Shown: piece after piece, positions 25,130 through 31,361 of the stretch
Layout: every line of letters starts with the position of its first letter
Numbering within the stretch: the first letter of the stretch is position 1
Assembly (NCBI RefSeq): GCF_000299365.1
Contig: NC_018655.1
Location: 360,001-392,000 of the forward strand
Direction of reading: 5' to 3'
From: Candidatus Nitrosopumilus koreensis AR1
GTDB taxonomy: Archaea > Thermoproteota > Nitrososphaeria > Nitrososphaerales > Nitrosopumilaceae
Length of the DNA: 32,000 nt
The notes under the pieces: model-generated
What the model saw: the letters and a program-made list of their open reading frames with translations, nothing else
Told to the model about the DNA's origin: nothing
Database searches by the model: none
Program-made: the position numbers and the translations under genes

Positions 25130-25693
25130 ATGGAAGAAACCCTTTTGGTAAAAGGCACATTAGTCTCAGATCAGGCATGTGTTTCTGATAAGAATATGAT
25201 TCATGACCTTGAGCTAAAAGGGTACGGAGAAACTGAAAAAGAAAAATTATTTCTAAAACAATTCGAAACGTTGTATCTACTATACACAAACAAACTCATT
25301 CTAAAGAAAGGCAAAAAGCAAATTGATTTTAATTTTTTTATGAATGCTTGCCAAGAAAATGATTCTAAAATTCTTACCAAGTTTTTGATTTACCGTGATC
25401 TCAGAAATCGAGGATATGTTGTAAAAGACGGGTTTGGATTTGGATCTGATTTCAGGGTATATGAAAGGGGACATTTTGGTGAAAAGGGGGCAAAATTTTT
25501 GATATTTGGTCTTAATGAAGGACAACAAGAAAAGATGGGCAGTTTGCAAAAAAAGATTCAAGAAATTACCCAAATGGGAAAAGAGCCAATCATTGCGGTA
25601 ATTGAGAGACGCGGTGAAGTGATCTATTACAAAATAAACAAAATGAATTTTTATGAAAATAAAACAAGACTTGAAGAGTCTTTTAATTTCTAA
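25130..25693 (+). CDS. endA: tRNA-splicing endonuclease, catalytic subunit (EndA)
   Basis: 'LIYRDLRNRGYVVKDGFGFGSDFRVYERG' and '...KFLIFGL' are the conserved catalytic-domain core. I placed the start at ATG 25130; the ORF track uses TTG 25115. Confidence 0.8.
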   Translation: MEETLLVKGTLVSDQACVSDKNMIHDLELKGYGETEKEKLFLKQFETLYLLYTNKLILKKGKKQIDFNFFMNACQENDSKILTKFLIYRDLRNRGYVVKDGFGFGSDFRVYERGHFGEKGAKFLIFGLNEGQQEKMGSLQKKIQEITQMGKEPIIAVIERRGEVIYYKINKMNFYENKTRLEESFNF

Positions 25694-26346
25694 TCTTGGA
25701 AAATCCAGTCTGCTGAATATTTTAACAGATTTTTTTCTTCGGCGTACATGAAATCATAGACATCCAAATACTTTGTCTTGTTTTGCCATAATTCCTCAAA
25801 GTCTTTCATCTTCCTCTCAACTCTCGATCTGTCATTCCATGATGTAAACACGTCAACTGATTCAAAATCCCTTGTTTGTGTAGAAAATGACTCACTTGAT
25901 GTTCCAGTAAATGCAACTACATCATCATTTTCATCTCTGAATATTCCAATTCTTTCTGAAAATGAATCTGCTATCTGCTCTGAATTTGGTATTGCAATTT
26001 TTAGCTCAATCTGACCCTTGTTGACTATGTTTTGTAGCCTTTGGATTTTTGTATCTTTGATCAGCATTCCTTCAAATGATTTTGTGTATTTTTCAGAAAA
26101 AAGTTTTGTAAACAAATTCAGATCTTCCGTTTTGAACTTGTGGCCTGTGACCATTCTTAGTTTGGCACTTCCTTCTGAAAAATTTTCAAACGCCATAGCA
26201 ATTGTTGCAAGTGTCTGAATTGATAGGAAATCAACACACCTGTCATATTCTATACAATTACCTAGACATGGAAAGAAAAATTCTGCTACAATGTCATTTA
26301 TGTCTGAACGATACTCTTCTTTTAACTCAATGTCTCGTAATCCCAA
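25690..26346 (-). CDS. stand-alone PLD-like (HKD-superfamily) domain protein with substituted catalytic residues
   Basis: 'IVAEFFFPCLGNCIEYDRCVDFLS', 'AKLRMVTG' and 'FSERIGIFRDENDDVVAFTGTSSES...ESVDVFTSW' resemble, from memory, the PLD domain found N-terminal to DEAD/DEAH helicases (consensus ~FHEKIGIF...GSxNET...VF.SW). Here H->S, K->R and N->S. Confidence 0.55.
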   Translation of the reverse strand: MGLRDIELKEEYRSDINDIVAEFFFPCLGNCIEYDRCVDFLSIQTLATIAMAFENFSEGSAKLRMVTGHKFKTEDLNLFTKLFSEKYTKSFEGMLIKDTKIQRLQNIVNKGQIELKIAIPNSEQIADSFSERIGIFRDENDDVVAFTGTSSESFSTQTRDFESVDVFTSWNDRSRVERKMKDFEELWQNKTKYLDVYDFMYAEEKNLLKYSADWIFQD

Positions 26347-26558
26347 TGATAGTCGTTCTTGAATTTGTTATTTAAAGAAACAATTCTAAAAAATCTAAAA
26401 TTTTGGTTTATGTTTGAGTATGTCTTGTAGCCTTAGGGTTTTACCACATGTACTAAAATCAGTGTTCTTGAATTGATGATGCATAATCATCATGCCTGGA
26501 ACTTATTTAGAAGAAATGAATCGCACTATTTTTTAGTAATAATGACGATATAATTAAA

Positions 26559-26619
26559 ACAGAAGCAAGACGATCTCTTGTTTGGTAATTGCCAAACATC
26601 ATGTGAACTTGCTTCTTGT
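26559..26619. other. extended imperfect hairpin in a 528-bp ORF-poor gap (candidate ncRNA or leader structure)
   Basis: The outer 9-bp stem pairs 26561-26569 (AGAAGCAAG) with 26608-26616 (CTTGCTTCT). The inner 7-bp stem pairs 26579-26585 with 26592-26598 around a 6-nt loop. A symmetric 9x9 internal loop separates them. T-runs follow at 26633-26638 (T6) and 26656-26660 (T5). Confidence 0.3.
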
Positions 26620-26693
26620 AATTAACTGAGCGTTTTTTATTAAAAGCATTACTGCTTTTTCGTCCATGTTTTTTTGGATTGTATTTGTATGTG

Positions 26694-26786
26694 TTATAAT
26701 TCTAATTCATCTTTTCTTACTTCTTCTTTTTCGTTTTCAGGATCTACTATGTTCAAGTGATATAGTATGGATTTTCTAACGTACAT
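26694..26786 (-). CDS. candidate 30-codon sORF downstream of motif copy A
   Basis: My own translation is MYVRKSILYHLNIVDPENEKEEVRKDELEL. The only support is that its ATG lies 38 nt from the GC-rich element, the same spacing as at three longer genes. Confidence 0.2.
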   Translation of the reverse strand: MYVRKSILYHLNIVDPENEKEEVRKDELEL

Positions 26787-26824
26787 GTAGAAAAATAAAA
26801 TCTGTGATACTTTAACAAGATTCT

Positions 26825-26840
26825 ATGAATACGGGGTGCT
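26825..26840 (-). promoter_or_regulatory. GC-rich promoter-proximal element, copy A (degenerate: AGCACCCCGT+ATTCAT)
   Basis: 8/10 match to the GGCACCCCGC core. A T/A-rich stretch follows, then ATG 26786 after 38 nt. Confidence 0.4.
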
Positions 26841-26874
26841 TTTAAAATAATAGAAAAATGAGCCTAAAAATTGG

Positions 26875-27609
26875 CTACTTTTGAATAGTTGGTTTGAGAT
26901 ATGTTGCTCTCATCCATAACACTACCCCTGACACAATTCCTGCTATTGCAAGTGCTATGGTGGTTGTGATTATGGGTAATCCTTCTTCGGATTCATTTTG
27001 TTGTCCTGTTGTCTCAACTGATTCCATCACTTCCTGGATTGGACTTTTTTGAACATCTGTTTTTGTTGCAGTGTCTTTTTGAACTACATTTGTGTTCTCT
27101 CTTTGAATTGATGGTTCATCAATGTTTGATCCTGCATCATTTTGAACAATAGTGCCTGAGAACATATTTGACTGGTTAAACTCGTTGACACTAGTTTCAT
27201 CTTTGATGTTTTCTAACCATGGATTGGTGATACTTGTATCTTCAATCACGGTAAATTGTATCGTTGAAGTTTCTTTTAGTTCTTCATGACTTGCAATTAT
27301 TGTGTATGTTCCAGTTGTTGAAAACTTTCCTAATGGTGGATGAAACAACCATGAAAATTCTCCTTCATCGTTTGTAGCCACATCTGGTCTAAATACCAGA
27401 TTGCCGTTTGGATCATACACTTCCAATCTTACCGGAATGTGTGATGACTCTACATTAACAAAACCGTCCACAAATATGCTTTCAGTTTTATCTATTTCTG
27501 ATTGTAGTGAAAAGATCCTTATGGACTCTTCTGCACTAGCAAAATCAATCGTAGATATCATAATCAGTGATACTCCAATCAGCATTGCTATGCAAATTTT
27601 TGTATTCAT
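26875..27609 (-). CDS. secreted, C-terminally membrane-anchored surface protein (beta-sandwich-like domain + polar linker)
   Basis: N-terminal signal-like 'MNTKICIAMLIGVSLIMISTIDFASA'. 'VRLEVYDPNGNLVFRPDVATNDEGEFSW...GTYTIIASH' is typical of Ig/CARDB-like folds. A Thr/Gln/Glu-rich linker leads to the TM 'LPIITTTIALAIAGIVSGVVLW' and a basic tail. Confidence 0.7.
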   Translation of the reverse strand: MNTKICIAMLIGVSLIMISTIDFASAEESIRIFSLQSEIDKTESIFVDGFVNVESSHIPVRLEVYDPNGNLVFRPDVATNDEGEFSWLFHPPLGKFSTTGTYTIIASHEELKETSTIQFTVIEDTSITNPWLENIKDETSVNEFNQSNMFSGTIVQNDAGSNIDEPSIQRENTNVVQKDTATKTDVQKSPIQEVMESVETTGQQNESEEGLPIITTTIALAIAGIVSGVVLWMRATYLKPTIQK

Positions 27610-27648
27610 TGAAAAAAGTATCTAAAAATGTTATAATATATTATACAC

Positions 27649-27667
27649 CTATTTGCGGGGTGCCTTT
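27649..27667 (-). promoter_or_regulatory. GC-rich promoter-proximal element, copy B (19-bp repeat CTATTTGCGGGGTGCCTTT as read on +)
   Basis: Identical over 19 bp to 27993-28011. On the minus strand, GGCACCCCGCAAATAG is followed by TATAATATATTATAA, with ATG 27609 39 nt after the 16-nt block. Confidence 0.6.
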
Positions 27668-27975
27668 CAATACTTAAGGTTCAACGAACAGACGAGATTC
27701 TGAAACCTGTCCATCTCTTTGAAAAACATTCTGCCCTTATCTGTCATCTGAAAAATTCTGTTTCTTTTGTCTACATGTTGTTCTACTAACCCTGATTCTA
27801 CAAGTTGTTTGCAACTTTCTATCACTGTGTGATGTGAAAGGTTTGCTTTGTGTGCAATATTTGATACATTTGTGCCATATTGACCTTCATATGATATTAT
27901 GGCAAGTATTTCGTGCATTTGTGCCATTTTTGAACGGTATTGTGCCTTAGCCATGAAACTTCCAACGAATTTCAT
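27667..27975 (-). CDS. small winged-helix transcriptional regulator
   Basis: 'HEILAIISYEGQYGTNVSNIAHKANLSHHTVIESCKQLVESGLVEQ...RNRIFQMTDKGRMFF' is a helix-turn-helix plus wing pattern. Alternative ATG at 27954 (Met8). Confidence 0.75.
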   Translation of the reverse strand: MKFVGSFMAKAQYRSKMAQMHEILAIISYEGQYGTNVSNIAHKANLSHHTVIESCKQLVESGLVEQHVDKRNRIFQMTDKGRMFFKEMDRFQNLVCSLNLKY

Positions 27976-27992
27976 TATAATTGATTTTAGTA

Positions 27993-28011
27993 CTATTTGC
28001 GGGGTGCCTTT
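27993..28011 (-). promoter_or_regulatory. GC-rich promoter-proximal element, copy C (19-bp repeat)
   Basis: It lies in the 70-bp divergent gap between the wHTH gene and the histidine kinase. It is 38 nt from ATG 27954, 17 nt from ATG 27975 and 34 nt upstream of TTG 28046 on the other strand. Confidence 0.6.
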
Positions 28012-28045
28012 AACTTAAATTTACACCTATAATTATTAGAAATAC

Positions 28046-29935
28046 TTGCATGTACGAATTATCTACCTTCTGATACTTGGTATGGCAACTGTTTCTGCAG
28101 TTTATGCAGTTCAGAGCTACGTGACATTTGAAGTAAATTCTGAACAACTAGTTGAATCTACTGCATTGAAGAATCAAGTTATTGCTAACAATTTGATACA
28201 AAATTTAGATCTATTCATTGACAAACGCATATCTGATTTCCAATCTTTGGAAAAAGCCAAAGAGATCCGACAAATTCTTCAATTTTCCAATGAAGAATTT
28301 TCAAAAATACCTGATATTGATGTGTATATGGAAGAAAAGACTTTTTCTTACACAAATTATAATCGATATCTGCCTTTTGTAACACAAGCTGCAGAACAAA
28401 AACATCAAAGCGAACTGTCCTCAATAATTAAAAACTATGATCAAACATATGGATTTGATTTTGCAGATGAATTTTTTGTAACAAATGCATATGGCGCAAA
28501 CATTGTTTTGATTTTGGGAGTTTCTGATTATGTGCAATATGATAAGGAATGGTGGCAAACCACAAAATCTAATGGGGTTTATGTAGGTAATGTACAGTAT
28601 TTTCCTAATTATGACTCTTATTCAATTCCCTTAGGAATTTCTATTTCTGATGAAGACGGTAAATTTCTGGGGGCAATTAAAGTTCTAATTGGATTAGAAC
28701 ATTTACTGTCTGATTTTATTAGTAATTCCATAATTCTTAATGATCAAAATAAGCAGATTTCCCTTTTAGATGAAACTGGACAAATAATTTATTCTAATGG
28801 AATAAAGTTTGACGATAATAACACCGTCCCATATTCTGACAGATTAACCAATGCTGAGGGATTTTTTGAATTTGAACTGGATAACTCTAATCATGTGTTG
28901 TCATATGCTAAATCAACAGATCCAAAAACCGGATTACAGTGGACAGTAGTTATTGCTCAGGACAAAAGAAATATCATAGAATCACTTGATGATGTGAGAA
29001 ACTCTCTAGTACTTCCTTCTGTTATTGGAATCATAGTAACTGTTGTAATTGGTATTATGATTACGATTTTTGTTTCAAAACCTCTTGAAAAATTGACAAA
29101 AATTTATGCTCAGATGTCCTCTGGAAATTTTGATGTACGCGCAGATCCAAATGTAATTCATGAAATAAACATTCTTTCGAATTCTTACAACAATTTTGTT
29201 GCCTCTTTAAAGAAACTAATTCAAACTGAAAAAGACTTGGCTGAGGCCAATGTGAAAGTAAGAAACGAACGCCTAACTGCAATTGGTGAATTGTCAGCTA
29301 GTATGGCCCATGACATGAAAAATCCTTTGGCAGTACTAAAAACTGCTACAGATGTTTTAAAACGCAAGTTTAGTGGGCAGGATGAAAAAGTTGATCAATT
29401 ATTTTCAAATATGGATGATGGAATAAACAGAATCTCTCATCAAATTCAAGATGTATTGGAATATGTTCGTACTACTCCGATGAATGTTACTAAAACAAGT
29501 CTTGTTCATATGATTGATAATGCAATCCGTTCAATCCAAATTCCTTCTTCTGTTGTAATTGAATTTCCAAAACAGGATATTGAGATTGAATGTGATCAAC
29601 AAAAAATTGAGATTGTGTTGATAAATCTAATATTGAATGCAGTTCAAGCCATTGGCCAAAAACCTGGAAAAATAATCTTCAATACTAGAGATGTTGGTGA
29701 TGTGTATGAAATTGAAATTGAGAATAGTGGTAAGCCTATACCTGATGATATTCTGCCAAAAATTTTTGAGCCCTTGTTTACTACCAAACTTCAAGGAACT
29801 GGTTTAGGTCTAGCTACATGTAAAAATGTAATTACTCAACATGGTGGATCGATTTCTGTGCAGAACGGTCCTACAAGATTCACCATTTTATTTCCAAAGA
29901 AAGTAAATGTTAACGATTTAGAGAAAGATAAATAG
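28046..29935 (+). CDS. sensor histidine kinase (TM - Cache-like ectodomain - TM - HAMP - HisKA - HATPase_c)
   Basis: TM1 'IIYLLILGMATVSAVYAV'. The ~290-aa ectodomain contains 'YDKEWWQ...GKFLGAIKVLIGLEHL'. TM2 'LVLPSVIGIIVTVVIGIMITIFV'. HAMP 'KPLEKLTKIYAQMSSGNFDVR'. H-box 'SASMAHDMKNPL'. N-box 'LINLILNAVQA'. G-boxes 'ENSGKPIP' and 'GTGLGLATC'. Confidence 0.9.
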   Translation: MHVRIIYLLILGMATVSAVYAVQSYVTFEVNSEQLVESTALKNQVIANNLIQNLDLFIDKRISDFQSLEKAKEIRQILQFSNEEFSKIPDIDVYMEEKTFSYTNYNRYLPFVTQAAEQKHQSELSSIIKNYDQTYGFDFADEFFVTNAYGANIVLILGVSDYVQYDKEWWQTTKSNGVYVGNVQYFPNYDSYSIPLGISISDEDGKFLGAIKVLIGLEHLLSDFISNSIILNDQNKQISLLDETGQIIYSNGIKFDDNNTVPYSDRLTNAEGFFEFELDNSNHVLSYAKSTDPKTGLQWTVVIAQDKRNIIESLDDVRNSLVLPSVIGIIVTVVIGIMITIFVSKPLEKLTKIYAQMSSGNFDVRADPNVIHEINILSNSYNNFVASLKKLIQTEKDLAEANVKVRNERLTAIGELSASMAHDMKNPLAVLKTATDVLKRKFSGQDEKVDQLFSNMDDGINRISHQIQDVLEYVRTTPMNVTKTSLVHMIDNAIRSIQIPSSVVIEFPKQDIEIECDQQKIEIVLINLILNAVQAIGQKPGKIIFNTRDVGDVYEIEIENSGKPIPDDILPKIFEPLFTTKLQGTGLGLATCKNVITQHGGSISVQNGPTRFTILFPKKVNVNDLEKDK

Positions 29936-29960
29936 GCACATATTCAAAAAATGGTGAATC

Positions 29961-30332
29961 TTGACTACAAACAAACTGATACTGATTGTTGATGATGACA
30001 TTCCGTTGTTAGAAAATACTGCATACATGATAGAGACACTTGGTTATGATGTTGTCACTGCAAAAGATGGTATGGAGGCAGTTGACGTGTATAGATCTGC
30101 ACAACCTTCGATGACTTTTATGGATGTTAAAATGCCCAAGCAAGATGGATTTGATGCGTTTTTCAAAATTAAAGAGTTTGATCCTGATGCAAAAGTTGTA
30201 TTGATTACTGCTTATAATATGGATGAGAAAAAGCACCTAAAAGCTAAGAGTATGAATCTCTTAGAAACAATAGAAAAACCATATGATATGGAAAAACTAG
30301 AAACAACTCTTGATAAATATCTGAACTCATAA
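29961..30332 (+). CDS. stand-alone response-regulator receiver (CheY-like, no output domain)
   Basis: 'LILIVDDDIP', phospho-acceptor context 'MTFMDVKMPKQDG', 'VVLITAY' and 'IEKPYD'. TTG start. Length is 123 aa. Confidence 0.9.
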   Translation: MTTNKLILIVDDDIPLLENTAYMIETLGYDVVTAKDGMEAVDVYRSAQPSMTFMDVKMPKQDGFDAFFKIKEFDPDAKVVLITAYNMDEKKHLKAKSMNLLETIEKPYDMEKLETTLDKYLNS

Positions 30333-31187
30333 TTTTTTTAGATTTTTTACTATTTTGAATCGTTTTTCATAAAAATCTGTCACCTCATCTAAAAATGACT
30401 GATACCATGATTTTAGATCTCTGTCTCCTTTTGTGATCAATTTGTACCATTGTTGATATTCCAGTGAAGATTTTTTTTTCTGAGGATTTTTTGAGATTAG
30501 TAACTGTGTGTAGTACCAACATGAAATCTGTTCAGCCAGATCTGTTTCCTCAATATGTTCAAAATTATCAAGATATTTTGTTGAAAGGTATGTCAGGATT
30601 TCGTATACTGGTATTTTTGAAATTTTTGTAGTTTGGATGTTATCTAAGAACAACCCTTTTGCTAACAATCTTAATCTGTACACCTCGTTGCCTATTGTAT
30701 TTTTCAGATATTCCCATTTTCCAAAAATCCATGGTATCACGTCCTTGTATTTCTCTGCCATCATGTCGATCTCCTTGTTTGTTAGGTCTAAGACATCTAA
30801 GCAATACAAAATACCATGTATTGATAGCCTGTATATGTTGGCAGGTGCCTTTAGTCTACTCTTTCCATCAATAACCACTAAACCTGTCTCGAGAACACCC
30901 ATGGAATGTCTTCCTCGATCATCTCTACCCACAAGAAATTTTCTGTATTGTTTTTCTCTGGATCTAATTTTTGCAGTATCGTTTGCTAGTTCCACTTTTG
31001 CCATCCCCCACGTTGTCTGTGGACCGTTTATGGCAAGTACGTGAAGCATTCTTTGGATATTTTCGTGATGTTTGGGGATGGTTTTTTTCCTATATGAAAA
31101 TTCTCCATACATTCTTCTTGCAGTTGGTCTTGTGTATGTCTTGTATGCATAAAGATTTCCTAGTGTGCCTGGTTTTATTTCTGCCAA
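30327..31187 (-). CDS. hypothetical protein, N-terminal wHTH-like domain + helical C-terminal domain
   Basis: 286-codon ORF with a TTG start. 'ENIQRMLHVLAINGPQTTWGMAKVE...YRKFLVGRDD...GVLETGLVV...YRLSIHGILY' looks like a winged helix. The TATA-like CTATAAAATTATTATA (31211-31226, minus) is correctly placed for a start near 31187. Confidence 0.55.
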   Translation of the reverse strand: MAEIKPGTLGNLYAYKTYTRPTARRMYGEFSYRKKTIPKHHENIQRMLHVLAINGPQTTWGMAKVELANDTAKIRSREKQYRKFLVGRDDRGRHSMGVLETGLVVIDGKSRLKAPANIYRLSIHGILYCLDVLDLTNKEIDMMAEKYKDVIPWIFGKWEYLKNTIGNEVYRLRLLAKGLFLDNIQTTKISKIPVYEILTYLSTKYLDNFEHIEETDLAEQISCWYYTQLLISKNPQKKKSSLEYQQWYKLITKGDRDLKSWYQSFLDEVTDFYEKRFKIVKNLKKL

Positions 31188-31305
31188 TCACACAACTCCA
31201 TCTTTGATCATATAATAATTTTATAGAGAAATTCTACGTTAGCATCCCACAAACAGCTGGACATTTTTTTATTTCATCTTTATAGCTGTGATGAGAATCC
31301 TTCAT

Positions 31306-31321
31306 GGCACCCCGCATTGTC
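31306..31321 (+). promoter_or_regulatory. GC-rich promoter-proximal element, copy D (GGCACCCCGC+ATTGTC)
   Basis: Exact 10-nt core on the + strand. AAATATAAAAAAAA follows, with ATG 31362 40 nt after the 16-nt block. Confidence 0.5.
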
Positions 31322-31361
31322 ACATCTATTGTGAAATATAAAAAAAATTTTCTGGTTTATC

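Noticed and set aside
22478-25573. ORFs 22478..23005, 23104..23379, 23402..23698, 24699..24893, 24873..25058 and 25301..25573
   Set aside because: They overlap the antiporter, L10e and endA genes in other frames or on the opposite strand. They are shadow ORFs.
26470-26630. Possible archaeal C/D-box sRNA: UGAUGA at 26474-26479, AUGACGA at 26542-26548, CUGA at 26626-26629
   Set aside because: The C-like boxes lie ~150 and ~88 nt from the D-like box, too far for a typical 50-70 nt archaeal C/D sRNA. I found no convincing C'/D' pair or terminal stem.
27649-28011. 19-bp direct repeats flanking a single gene, considered as attL/attR or target-site duplication of a mobile cassette
   Set aside because: No integrase, transposase or terminal inverted repeats are nearby. 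Two further copies of the core exist outside this pair, and all are at a fixed distance from start codons. That fits a promoter element better than insertion scars.
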